Made by a program: the position numbers and the translations under genes. A model generated the notes under the pieces. That model had not been told where the DNA came from and did no database searches. It saw nothing but the letters and a program-made list of their open reading frames with translations. Below, one piece after another: positions 9,419 through 21,616 of a stretch of DNA of 41,257 nt; position 1 is the first letter of the stretch, and every line of letters begins with the position of its first letter. The stretch is from Candidatus Methylomirabilia bacterium (lineage in GTDB: Bacteria; Methylomirabilota; Methylomirabilia; Rokubacteriales; CSP1-6), in contig JBGPXN010000021.1 of NCBI GenBank assembly GCA_041492755.1, positions 1 through 41,257 on the forward strand, read 5' to 3'.

Positions 9419-10195
9419 TCAGGCCGTCTCGAGCGTGAGCGGGGTGGGGGTCTTGCCGTCGACGTCGGTGAAGCCGTACTCGCGCGCGAGCTCGGCCGCG
9501 ATCAGCACACGACCGGAGCGCTCCAGGATCTTCGGATCGGCGGCGAGCGCAGCCACCGCGCGCCCGACGAACTCCGGACTCTCGCTGTTGCCGAGGTGAA
9601 GCGCGCCCGCCTGCGCGGCGGCCATCACGAACTCGGTGCGCACCAGTCCCGGGTAGAGCGACACCACCGCCACCCTGTGCGGCCGCAGCTCCTCCGCCAT
9701 GTCGGCGGTCATCTTGTCGGTGGCCGCCTTGGCCAGGCCGTAGATCACGTTGCCCATGTGCTTGCGCGCGGCCCAGTAGCTGACGTTCACGATCAGGCCG
9801 GCGCCGCGGGCGATCATGAGGCGCGCGGCGTGGGCGCTGGCAACCAGCGCGGCGCGCACCCCCGTCGTCACCATGCTGTCCCAGCGGTGCATGGGCTGGT
9901 TCCAGAACGGCTCGGCCCACGTGAAGCGCCCGCCCTCCACCATGCGCTCGTAGCCGCCCCAGGCATTGTTCACGAGCACGTCGAGCGGCGCCGCCTTGCG
10001 GCCGCTGATCCGCGCGAAGACGGCCGCCGTCTGGGCGTCGTCTCGATGGTCGCAGGGCACCCGGAGGATCGGGTGGGGCAGATCGGCGTACGCCACGGTG
10101 CGGCCCGTCGCGTAGACGGTGAAGCCGGCGGCGTGGAGCCCGAGCGCGACGCCGCGGCCCACGCCGCGGCTGGCTCCGGTCACGAGCGCGATCAC
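9419..10195 (-). CDS. Short-chain dehydrogenase/reductase (DHRS1-like)
   Basis: TGASRGVG, LVNNAWGG, YGLAK, ESPEFVGRAV. Confidence 0.9.
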   Translation of the reverse strand: MIALVTGASRGVGRGVALGLHAAGFTVYATGRTVAYADLPHPILRVPCDHRDDAQTAAVFARISGRKAAPLDVLVNNAWGGYERMVEGGRFTWAEPFWNQPMHRWDSMVTTGVRAALVASAHAARLMIARGAGLIVNVSYWAARKHMGNVIYGLAKAATDKMTADMAEELRPHRVAVVSLYPGLVRTEFVMAAAQAGALHLGNSESPEFVGRAVAALAADPKILERSGRVLIAAELAREYGFTDVDGKTPTPLTLETA

Positions 10196-10199
10196 GCGC

Positions 10200-11288
10200 T
10201 CAGGTCCGCAGCCGCACCAGGTTGAAGGCCGTGATGGGACGCTGGAAGCCCTTGAGGGTCAGCTCCCCGGCCGGCTCGGCGTCCACCAATTCTTCGATCG
10301 TGACCAGCAGGCGCTGCGAGATCAGCACCTGTCCGGCCTTGGCCTCGCCGCACAGGCGGGCGGCGAGGTTGGTCACGGTGCCGATGGCGCCGTAATCCCA
10401 GCGCCCCTCGAACCCGATGGCGCCGATGGTGGCGTAGCCCTTGGCCAGACCGACGCCGAGGTCGAGAGCGAAGCCCTGCTTGCGCCACTTGGTGCGCAGC
10501 TCGGCCACGACGTCGCGCATGGCGAGCGCCATCCGCACCGCCCGCTCCGCCGGGTTCTCCACGGGGACCGGATCGTTGAAGAAGATCATCATCCCGTCGC
10601 CGGTGAAGCGCTCCAGCGTGCCCTCGTGCTCGAGTACCAATCGCCCCATGGCGGCGTGATACTCGTGGAGCACGCCCATGACCTCCTCCGGCTCGGCGGC
10701 CTCCGCGAACGCGGTGAACCCGCGCAGGTCGAGGAAGACGACCGTGATCTCCCGCCGGTGGGTCTTGAGCGGATCGTCGGCCCCGCCGCTCACGATCAGC
10801 TCGGCGAGCTGCGGCGAGAAGAAGCGCTTGAGACGACCCAGCCGCTCGAGCTGCGCGACCTGCTCCTCCACCCGCTGCTCGAGGCCTCGGTTGAGCTGGC
10901 TGATCTGGTCCCACAGCTCCTTGATGCGGAGCAGCGAGCGGACCCGCGCCAGCAGCTCCTGCTGGTTGATCGGCTTGGAGAGGAAGTCGTCCGCGCCCGC
11001 CTCGATGCCCTTGACGCGCTCCTGCGCCGGATCGAGGGCGGTCACCATGACGACGGGCAGCATGCTCGTGTCCGGCTGCTCGCGGATCTTCCGGCACACG
11101 TCGTACCCGCTCATGCCCGGCATCATGACGTCCAGCAGCACGAGATCCAGCGGCTCCTTCGCGACCTTGTCGAGCGCCTCGGGGCCGTTGGTGGCGGTGA
11201 CCACCGCGTAGCCCTTGACCGTGAGCAGGTCCCCGAGGAGCTTGAGGTTCACGGGCGTGTCGTCGACGACGAGGATGCGCGCGCTCAC
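10200..11288 (-). CDS. Response regulator receiver fused to a class III adenylate/guanylate cyclase
   Basis: VVDD..LLDVMMP..SKP receiver; FLDLRGFT, ERFTGDG, GTVTNLAARL cyclase motifs. Confidence 0.92.
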   Translation of the reverse strand: MSARILVVDDTPVNLKLLGDLLTVKGYAVVTATNGPEALDKVAKEPLDLVLLDVMMPGMSGYDVCRKIREQPDTSMLPVVMVTALDPAQERVKGIEAGADDFLSKPINQQELLARVRSLLRIKELWDQISQLNRGLEQRVEEQVAQLERLGRLKRFFSPQLAELIVSGGADDPLKTHRREITVVFLDLRGFTAFAEAAEPEEVMGVLHEYHAAMGRLVLEHEGTLERFTGDGMMIFFNDPVPVENPAERAVRMALAMRDVVAELRTKWRKQGFALDLGVGLAKGYATIGAIGFEGRWDYGAIGTVTNLAARLCGEAKAGQVLISQRLLVTIEELVDAEPAGELTLKGFQRPITAFNLVRLRT

Positions 11289-11658
11289 GTGGTGGTCCCC
11301 GACCGGCGGTCGAGCAGCTCGCGCACGGCGTCCATGAACCCCTTCACGTTGAGGGGCTTCGACTGGTAGGCGTCGAACCCCGCGGCCATGATCTTCTGCC
11401 GGTCGTGCGTCATGGCCGACGCCGTCACCGCCATGATCGGTATGGCCTGGGTGGCCGCGTCGGCGCGGATCTGGCGGAGGGCCTGGATGCCGTCGATCCC
11501 GGGGAGCTGGATGTCCATCAGGACGAGGTCGGGATGCTGCTCGCGGGCGAGCCGGACGCCGTCCTCTCCCGTCTCCGCTTCCACCAGGCGATAGCCCTTG
11601 AAGGCCAGGACGTCGCGCATGAGCCTGCGGTTCTTCTCGTTGTCTTCGACGATGAGGA

Positions 11659-11674
<16 letters not shown>
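11285..11674 (-). CDS. Single-domain response regulator (DivK-like)
   Basis: [20 protein letters not shown]. Confidence 0.9.
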
Positions 11675-14726
<3,052 letters not shown>

Positions 14727-14730
<4 letters not shown>

Positions 14731-15218
14731 GGCGCGATCACCGCCAGCACCCGCTCGAGCGACTTGCCCAGGCAGCGCTTGATCTCGTCGCGGCACGCGC
14801 GAAAGACGTCTTCCCCTTGCGCGGCGGGATCGTCGATGTCGCCGTCCTCGCCGGCCAGCTCGCGCAGCGTGAACACGGCCCGACCCTGCGCTTCCGCCAG
14901 CGCCTCCACCATCTCCTTCTGCTGCCGCGTCATGGTCATGATGAGGTCGGCCGCCGCGATCAGGTGGCGATGGCGCTTGAGATCCGTGGACGTCATCGCG
15001 TCTTCGGCGAGGTGGATGCCCTCCTCGCGCAAGGCGAGCCGGGCGTCGAGGGACGGGATCATTCCGTCACGGGCGTAGGTCGCGATGCCCCCGGACCGGA
15101 CGAGGACGCGGGTGCCGTGGTTGCGCTCGGCGAGCAGCCGCTCAAGCATGGCCTGGGCCATGACGCTTCGCGCCGTGTTTGCATGGCAGACGACCAGGAT
15201 GGTGCGGTCGGAGGACAT
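14727..15218 (-). CDS. Low-molecular-weight protein phosphatase / arsenate reductase family
   Basis: P-loop CHANTARS (CX5R), DIDDP acid loop; ATG 15218. Confidence 0.85.
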
Positions 15219-15235
15219 GTCGCTAGGAGGATACC

Positions 15236-15856
15236 TCAGCGCCAGGCCCACACCGGCTGCTCGAAGTGGGCCACCCGCGTGGCCCGCCCGTGCAGCAAGA
15301 CCTCGCGCACCTGGTACAGGACGGCCGCCGTGGGCGCGTGCACGAGGCTCGACATGATCGGCATCTGGATCACGGGCCGATCGCTCTCGGGGATGCTCAC
15401 GAAGCGGGGGGCGTCCGGCTGGTCCAGAACGCTGAGCGGGACTCGATAGACCGCGGCCACCTCGGACGGGTCGGCCGTCAGCTCGGGATGCTCGCCGGCC
15501 CACACGACCACGGGTGTGATGACGAACCCCGAGCGGGTCGGATAGTCGTCCAGCAGCCCGAGCACGGCTGTCGGCTCGCAGCCCAGGCCGACCTCTTCCT
15601 GGAGCTCGCGCAGCGCCGCGGCCTCCGGCGTCTCGCCGGGCTCGATCCGCCCGCCCGGAAGCGCCCACTGCCTGGCATGGTCGCGCAGCGTCGGCGCGCG
15701 ACGGGTGAGCAGGAAGCACGCCGTGCCCGTCTCGTCGGGAAGGATCGTCACCGCCACCGCGGCTGGGCGGCGGCCGTCCGCCGCGACGGCAACGCGGGGG
15801 AACGTTCCGACGTTCAGCCGCACCCGCGCCTGCAGCGCCTCGTCGAACGCGGTCAC
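15236..15856 (-). CDS. Nudix CoA pyrophosphatase (NudL/PCD1-like)
   Basis: LTRRAPTLRDHARQWALPGG plus Nudix box ETPEAAALRELQEEVG; GTG overlaps the upstream stop. Confidence 0.85.
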   Translation of the reverse strand: MTAFDEALQARVRLNVGTFPRVAVAADGRRPAAVAVTILPDETGTACFLLTRRAPTLRDHARQWALPGGRIEPGETPEAAALRELQEEVGLGCEPTAVLGLLDDYPTRSGFVITPVVVWAGEHPELTADPSEVAAVYRVPLSVLDQPDAPRFVSIPESDRPVIQMPIMSSLVHAPTAAVLYQVREVLLHGRATRVAHFEQPVWAWR

Positions 15857-16821
15857 TCGATCACGCGGTCGGCGCGCAGCAGGAGCGTCGGGGGGAGCGT
15901 CAGCCCGAGCGCCTGGGCCGTCTTGAGGTTCACGACCAGCTCGAACTTCGTGGGCTGCTGGACGGGCAAGTCGGCCGGCCGCGCCCCCTTGAGGATCTTG
16001 TCCACGAAGCTCGCCGCCCGCCGATGGTTGTCGGCGAAGCTCGCCGCGTAGGCGATGAGCCCGCCCGCCTCCACGTACCCCACCGCCGCGTACATGCTCG
16101 GCAGCCGGGAGCGGGTGGCCAGCTCGATCAGGTACGCGCGATGGGGCGTCAGCAGCGTCGAGGCGCTGGCAACCACGGCGTCCACGCCCTGCTTGGCCAT
16201 CTCGTGAAACGCCAGGTCGAGGTGGTGGCGCTCGCGGACGCCGAAGGTGCGCAGCTCGAGACCCAGGGTCCGGGCGGCCGCGCGCACGTGATCCAGGCCG
16301 GCCACGTTGGAGGGATCGGCCTCCGCGAACACGTAGCCAACGCGCGCGAGCCTGGGGAGCATCTCCTTCACCAGCTCGAGCCGCTTGCCGCTCAGCTCGG
16401 CGTTGAGGGTCGTGACGCCGGTGACGTTTCCGCCCGGCCGCGCCAGGCTCGCCACCAGCCCCGTCCCGACCGGATCCGAGACGACGGCGAAGACGATGGG
16501 GATGGTGTCGGTGCCCCTCTTGGCGGTGAGCGCGGCCAGGGTCCCGGGCGCCAGGATCACGTCGACCTTTTCGCTCACGAGGCTCGCGGCGGCGCCGCGT
16601 TGCTGGTCGGGCCGCTGGCCCCACCGATGCTCGTAGGCGACGTTCTGGCCCTCCACCCAGCCGAGCTCGCGCATCCCCTCGCGGAAGGCGTCGAGGTTCG
16701 GCAGCTCACGGGGACCCAGCACGCCGATGCGCCGGATCCGGCCGGGCTGCGCGGCGGCGCGGGAGGCGGGCCGGGCCAGTGCCAGCAGCGCGCCGGCCAT
16801 GAACCGCCGGCGACGCATCAC
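15853..16821 (-). CDS. ABC substrate-binding protein (PF04392-like)
   Basis: DPVGTGLVASLARPGGNVTG, VDKILKGARPADLPVQQPTKFELVVNLKTA; RRRF N-terminus. Confidence 0.9.
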   Translation of the reverse strand: MMRRRRFMAGALLALARPASRAAAQPGRIRRIGVLGPRELPNLDAFREGMRELGWVEGQNVAYEHRWGQRPDQQRGAAASLVSEKVDVILAPGTLAALTAKRGTDTIPIVFAVVSDPVGTGLVASLARPGGNVTGVTTLNAELSGKRLELVKEMLPRLARVGYVFAEADPSNVAGLDHVRAAARTLGLELRTFGVRERHHLDLAFHEMAKQGVDAVVASASTLLTPHRAYLIELATRSRLPSMYAAVGYVEAGGLIAYAASFADNHRRAASFVDKILKGARPADLPVQQPTKFELVVNLKTAQALGLTLPPTLLLRADRVIE

Positions 16822-17816
16822 TGGATCACGTGGTCGGCACGCAGCAGCAGCGACTGTGGAAGCGTGACGCCAAGCGTCCGGGCGGCCTTGAGATTGATCA
16901 CGAGCTCGAACCGCGTCGGGTGCTCCACCGGCAGATCGCCGGGGCGCGCGCCCTTGAGGATCTTGTCCACGTAGCCGGCGGCGCGCCGGAACTGGTCGGC
17001 CAGGTCGGCCGAGTACGACATCAGGCCACCGGCGACGGTGAACTCGCGCAGCCCGAACATGGCGGGCAGCCGGTGCTCGGTGACGCGCGCGATGAGACGC
17101 TCTCGGTTGATGAAGAAGATCGCGTCACCGGCTCCTGCGGGGACGAGAAGGGCGCCGGGACGATCGCGCGCGATGAGGGCGAAAGCGTGATCGATCTCCT
17201 CGCCGCTCCGCACGTCCACCGCCTGCACCTTGACCCCGACCGCCTGCGCCGCGGTCTCGTAGTCCTTCCAGATGGTGTCCTGGATGTGAGCCGGGCTGCG
17301 CAGGACGACGATGCGCGTGACCCGGGGCAAGGTCTCCTTCAGGAGTTGGAGCTGCTTGGCGCGGATGTCCGGCGTGACCTGGGACGTGAGCCCGGTCACG
17401 TTGCCGCCGGGCCGGGCGAGGCTAGCGACGAGCCCGGCACCCACCGGATCGGACGCGTTCACCATGACGATCGGCGTGGTCGTCGTCGCGGCCCGGGCCG
17501 CTTCCGCGGCCCGCGTGCTCGAGGCCAGGAGGACGTCGACCTTCAGCCGCAACAGGTCCGCGGCGATGACGGGGAATTGCCTGGCCTCGCCCTCCGCCCA
17601 GCGCAGCTCGAACGCGACGTTCCGGCCCTCGGCCCACCCGAGCTCGGCGAGGCCCTCCTTGAATCCCGCGACGATGTGCGCCGCGGCCTTGGGATTGGTG
17701 GTCATCAACATTCCGACGCGCGCGACCTTGGCCGCCGGCACCGGCCCGACGCTCAACGCGACGAGAGCGAGCGCGCCCCCGACACCGACCACGAGCGCAG
17801 AGCGGCAGCCACGCAC
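16818..17816 (-). CDS. ABC substrate-binding protein (PF04392-like), tandem paralog
   Basis: Same family motifs (SLARPGGNVTG, PTRFELVINLKAA); signal peptide. Confidence 0.9.
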   Translation of the reverse strand: MRGCRSALVVGVGGALALVALSVGPVPAAKVARVGMLMTTNPKAAAHIVAGFKEGLAELGWAEGRNVAFELRWAEGEARQFPVIAADLLRLKVDVLLASSTRAAEAARAATTTTPIVMVNASDPVGAGLVASLARPGGNVTGLTSQVTPDIRAKQLQLLKETLPRVTRIVVLRSPAHIQDTIWKDYETAAQAVGVKVQAVDVRSGEEIDHAFALIARDRPGALLVPAGAGDAIFFINRERLIARVTEHRLPAMFGLREFTVAGGLMSYSADLADQFRRAAGYVDKILKGARPGDLPVEHPTRFELVINLKAARTLGVTLPQSLLLRADHVIQ

Positions 17817-17832
17817 GGCGACGCGGCTCGTG

Positions 17833-18792
17833 TCAGTACCCCTTGCGCTTGTCGATCAGCGCGAGCAGCGGCTGCCCGGCCTTCATGCGCTCGAGGTTCT
17901 GGCAGAACGTCGCGATGGCGCGGCCGGCGCGGCGGGGCGACCCGCCCGCGGTGTGCGGCGTGACGATGGCGCGCGGGTGCGTCCACAGCTTGTGCCCCGC
18001 CGGCAGCGGCTCGGGATCGGTCACGTCGAGCCCGGCCGCGCCGATGAGGCCTTCGTCGAGCGCGGCCAGGAGGTCGTCGCCGTAGACGATCCCGCCGCGA
18101 GTCACGTTGATGAGGATGGCCGTCCGGCGCATGCGGCGGAACAGGTCGCGCGTGAAGAGATGGTGCGTGGCCTTGGTGAGCGGCAGCGCGATGACGACCA
18201 CGTCCGATCCGCCGAGCAGGTCGTTCATCCGGTCCGTCTTCCAGATCGTGACGCCGGACTCGGGCGGGACGTCCTCGACGTCGACGGCGAGGACGTGCAT
18301 GCCGAAGCCGAGCGCGCGCTTGGCGACGGCGCGCCCGGTGCCGCCGAATCCCACGATGCCCATGGTGAGATCGAACAGCTCCCACTGGTCGCGCCGGATC
18401 GACTCGCGCAGCTTGTAGTCCGGCGTCCGCAGGGCCGTGTGCAGGCCGCGCGTGAGCGCGAGGAGGAGCGCGAAGGCGTGCTCGGCGAGGTGGATGCCGA
18501 CCTCGCCCTTCTCGCTGGCCAGGATCACGTCGCTCTCCACCAGCTCCTGGGTGAGGATGGCGTCCACCCCCGCCCCGATGGAGTGGTAGTAGCGCAGCCG
18601 CTTGGCGTGCAGGAACGTCTCCGGCGACACGCGGCCGAGCAGCATGTCGGCGTCGGCGATCTCCTTGCGCTGCTGCTCCGGGTCCTTGACTTCGACGAGC
18701 ACGGCGCCCGGTCCGGCCGCCTGCCTGATCCGGGCGCGGTCGTCATCGGTCAGCGCAGGGCAGATGATCGTGGGGGCGAAGAGGATCTTCAT
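17833..18792 (-). CDS. D-2-hydroxyacid dehydrogenase
   Basis: GAGVD, GFGGTG, NVTRG, LDVTDPEPL, TPHTAG; GGAGG RBS. Confidence 0.92.
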   Translation of the reverse strand: MKILFAPTIICPALTDDDRARIRQAAGPGAVLVEVKDPEQQRKEIADADMLLGRVSPETFLHAKRLRYYHSIGAGVDAILTQELVESDVILASEKGEVGIHLAEHAFALLLALTRGLHTALRTPDYKLRESIRRDQWELFDLTMGIVGFGGTGRAVAKRALGFGMHVLAVDVEDVPPESGVTIWKTDRMNDLLGGSDVVVIALPLTKATHHLFTRDLFRRMRRTAILINVTRGGIVYGDDLLAALDEGLIGAAGLDVTDPEPLPAGHKLWTHPRAIVTPHTAGGSPRRAGRAIATFCQNLERMKAGQPLLALIDKRKGY

Positions 18793-18960
18793 GACGTTCC
18801 TCCGGGAGAGGCGGTGGCCCCATCGTAGATCTCGCGGCGGCGCACGCCGCGCTGGAAGGCGAGGTACGCTTCGCGCGCACCGCCCATGTAGGGATGCGTC
18901 ATGCCCCCCGTCCGATCACGCGCGCGTTGCGGGCGCGGGCACGACGCGTCGTCCGCGCCG

Positions 18961-19893
18961 TCACGACGCTTCCCCCGCGGTCGACGACAGCTCCGGCCGG
19001 CACACCGCGCGGAAGTTGCACCAGCGGCAGATGCGGAGATCTTCGGTGCGCTCGAAGTCGGCGATCAGCGCCACGTTGGCGGCCGGCTCGGCCAGGTACG
19101 CCTTCATCGAGCGGATGGACAGCCGGAGCTGCTCCTTGATCTCTTCGAGGCGCGCGTCGTCCCAGCGGTGATCGCTCACGACGGGCTCGCGCAGGTTGAC
19201 TTCGAAGAGGTCCACCTGGGACGGCGGGAGCTTCAGCACTTCGTTCGCATAGAGCGCGTAGCAGCCGAGCTGGAAGGAGGCGCCGTGGCCGCCACCCCCC
19301 GTCTTCCAGTCGACGAGGGCGAGCCGGCCGGCCGGCGTCCAGTACCCGAAATCGGGGGCGACCCACACCGCGGTGCCCTCGAAGTCGAACATCTTGGACC
19401 AGTGCTCGATCGACCAGTGCTCCGGCGCCGTGCGCCGGATCGCCGCGAGCAGCGGCAGCCGGAAGAAGTTGCGGAGGCAGCCGGCCACGTTCTGGCTCAG
19501 CGCCTGCCACGCCTCGCGCTTGATGTCGACGGCGTATTCGTGCTCGAAGAGCGCCGTCGTGCGCGGCTGCTCGCGGTAGCGGCCGGCGTGCGAAGAGCGC
19601 CACTCACCCCGCATTCGCTCGATGACGTCGGCCACGAAGGCCTCCACCGGCACGTCGCGCCCCTCGCGGAACACCTGGAGCGCCATCTCGATCGCGTCGT
19701 GCACCATCCGGCCCGCCCACATCTGTCGGGACGCGAGCTGCTTGAGGATGTAGAGGCGGCGGACCTCCTCGCCGGCGGTCGGATCCCAGCCGCCCCAGGA
19801 GCCGTAGTAGTGGTAGAAGTACTTGCGCCGGCAGTCCTGGAACTTGCCGTCCCGACTCCGTGACCACGAAAACTCGTTGGCGAGATCGGCCAC
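18961..19893 (-). CDS. PD-(D/E)XK nuclease superfamily protein (RecB/AddB/Cas4-like, probable Fe-S staple)
   Basis: SxS..C.RK N-terminus, GRMVH, PDF..VDWKTG, QLGCY, C-terminal CRWCNFRAVC. Confidence 0.85.
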   Translation of the reverse strand: MADLANEFSWSRSRDGKFQDCRRKYFYHYYGSWGGWDPTAGEEVRRLYILKQLASRQMWAGRMVHDAIEMALQVFREGRDVPVEAFVADVIERMRGEWRSSHAGRYREQPRTTALFEHEYAVDIKREAWQALSQNVAGCLRNFFRLPLLAAIRRTAPEHWSIEHWSKMFDFEGTAVWVAPDFGYWTPAGRLALVDWKTGGGGHGASFQLGCYALYANEVLKLPPSQVDLFEVNLREPVVSDHRWDDARLEEIKEQLRLSIRSMKAYLAEPAANVALIADFERTEDLRICRWCNFRAVCRPELSSTAGEAS

Positions 19894-19899
19894 GGGCCG

Positions 19900-19928
19900 A
19901 GTGTAGTCACCGCCGTCGGGGGGGTCAA
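19900..19928 (-). promoter_or_regulatory. Sigma70 promoter for the nuclease gene (leaderless)
   Basis: TTGACC (19928-19923) - 17 nt - TACACT (19905-19900), then 6 nt to GTG 19893. Confidence 0.65.
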
Positions 19929-19967
19929 GGACGGCGCGGCGTCTCGTATTCAGGACGGCGCGGCGTC
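19928..19967 (+). repeat. 16-bp direct repeat x2 (AGGACGGCGCGGCGTC), possible operator
   Basis: Identical copies at 19928-19943 and 19952-19967; each is a near-palindrome (GACG..CGTC); lies between divergent promoters. Confidence 0.6.
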
Positions 19968-20010
19968 ACCCAACGGTCACACCAGTGCGGCACCGGGGGG
20001 CCGGCCCTCC

Positions 20011-20039
20011 TTGATGACCCGGCGGCGGCTTGCTATCTT
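20011..20039 (+). promoter_or_regulatory. Sigma70 promoter for the FadL-like/cyclase operon
   Basis: TTGATG - 17 nt - TATCTT with extended TGn. Confidence 0.6.
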
Positions 20040-20065
20040 GGGCCATTGCCCAGCGAGGATAGCGT

Positions 20066-21595
20066 GTGTCTGACCTGACCGACGTGGCCCGGCCCTCCGG
20101 GCCCCGCGGCTTCCGATCCTCGATCGTGACCGCCCGGGTCGCGGCCGGTGCGCTACTCGTGGCGCTCCTGGCCGGCCCCGGCGTCGCGGCCGCCGAGTAC
20201 GCCGACACCCTCGGGTACAGCGCGCTCGGCCGCGCCACCGGCAGCGCCTTCGTCGCCACGCCCGACGTGCTCGACGCCTTCCACGTGAATCCGGCCGGCC
20301 TCCTCTCCCGCGGACACACCTTCGGCGCCGACATCAACTTCATCAGCCTCAATCCCATCTTCTATCGCGACGCCGAGGGCACGCACGACGAGCGCGGCCG
20401 CCTGCTCACCAACGCGACGCTCGGCTACGCGGCGACCAACGACGCGCAGACCTTTGCCTACGGCCTCGGCTTCGGGGTCCCGTTCGGCCTGGTGTACCGC
20501 TTCCCCAACGACCGCGGCTTCCAGCGCTTCGCCGGATCGGAAGCGGCGATCTATGCCGTCGCCATCACGCCGGCGGTCGCGGTCAAGCTGGCGCCCTGGA
20601 TCTCCGTCGGCGTCGGATTGAACGTCATCGCCGGCGAGCACTTCTCGGCGCGCGCCACCGTCGGCAACGGCGTCGTCGGCGACTTCGCGGCCGGCGCGGG
20701 CGTGCCGGTCAGCACGCGGCAACCGGGCAGCCGCCAGGACGGCTACGTGCAGATCAAGTCGCGCCGGGAGATCGACATCCCGCAACCGCCCGACACGTCC
20801 GACGTCGACTTCCAGCGCTTCAGCTACACCCTCGGCCTCCAGCTCACCCCCCGGCCCGACCTCCGGATCGGACTGGGCTACCGCGAGCACACGACGATCG
20901 AATACCACGGGCGGATCAACTTCTTCCTCGATCCCGACGCCACCCTCGGCGGCGCCATCACGGCCAGCGAGCGCTCGACGCGGGTGGAGTTCGGCATCCC
21001 GCGCCAGCTCGAGGCCGGGATCAGCCACGACGTGCTGCCGCAGCTCGAGCTCGGCCTCGGGGTGCAGTGGACGAACTGGAGCGACGCGGTCGGCTGGGGT
21101 GGACGGACGATCCTGAGAATCGGCGGCGGCGGCATCGTCGACGCGCCCGCGCTCGGGATCCGCGGCGCCATCAAGCGGCTGGTGATTCCGTACAACTTTC
21201 ACGACACGGTGAGCCCGCGCATCGGCATCCGGTATCGCATCGCCCCCGGCACGCTCCTGCTCGCCGGGTACCGCTACGATCCCACGCCGGTGCCGACGCG
21301 CTCGTTCGACACCCTGGTGAGCTCGGCCAACTCGCACTATGCCACCTTCGGTGCTTCCCGCGACTTCCTGAACGGCGCGCTCACCCTGGGCGCCGGGGTG
21401 CAGTTCATCGTCGCCGAGCACCGAACGATCGGAGAGGGCAAGAGCTTCAATGCAGGAGGGCTGGGCGGGCTGAACTTCGATCCGACCTCGGGCACCCTGT
21501 CGCCGGTTCCGAACACCGCGGCAAACAATTCCGGTGGCGAGGTCCTGGGAGGATTCTATTGGACCGTCGGCCTCAACGCGGCGTATCGGTTCTAA
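20066..21595 (+). CDS. Outer membrane FadL/OmpP1/TodX family transporter
   Basis: Signal peptide, ALGRA.G.A and NPAGL hatch motifs, VPFGL, amphipathic beta strands, C-terminal YRF; exact start uncertain. Confidence 0.8.
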   Translation: MSDLTDVARPSGPRGFRSSIVTARVAAGALLVALLAGPGVAAAEYADTLGYSALGRATGSAFVATPDVLDAFHVNPAGLLSRGHTFGADINFISLNPIFYRDAEGTHDERGRLLTNATLGYAATNDAQTFAYGLGFGVPFGLVYRFPNDRGFQRFAGSEAAIYAVAITPAVAVKLAPWISVGVGLNVIAGEHFSARATVGNGVVGDFAAGAGVPVSTRQPGSRQDGYVQIKSRREIDIPQPPDTSDVDFQRFSYTLGLQLTPRPDLRIGLGYREHTTIEYHGRINFFLDPDATLGGAITASERSTRVEFGIPRQLEAGISHDVLPQLELGLGVQWTNWSDAVGWGGRTILRIGGGGIVDAPALGIRGAIKRLVIPYNFHDTVSPRIGIRYRIAPGTLLLAGYRYDPTPVPTRSFDTLVSSANSHYATFGASRDFLNGALTLGAGVQFIVAEHRTIGEGKSFNAGGLGGLNFDPTSGTLSPVPNTAANNSGGEVLGGFYWTVGLNAAYRF

Positions 21596-21616
21596 CCGGG
21601 GCGAGTTGAGCGACTG

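Noticed and set aside
18789..18902. 37-aa minus-strand ORF (MTHPYMGG..) overlapping the dehydrogenase start
   Set aside because: No recognisable motif; the stretch also contains a TACGAT -10-like box and the dehydrogenase RBS, so it is more simply a promoter/leader
18961..19893. Nuclease as a CRISPR-associated Cas4
   Set aside because: No array or other cas genes; solo PD-(D/E)XK proteins are common
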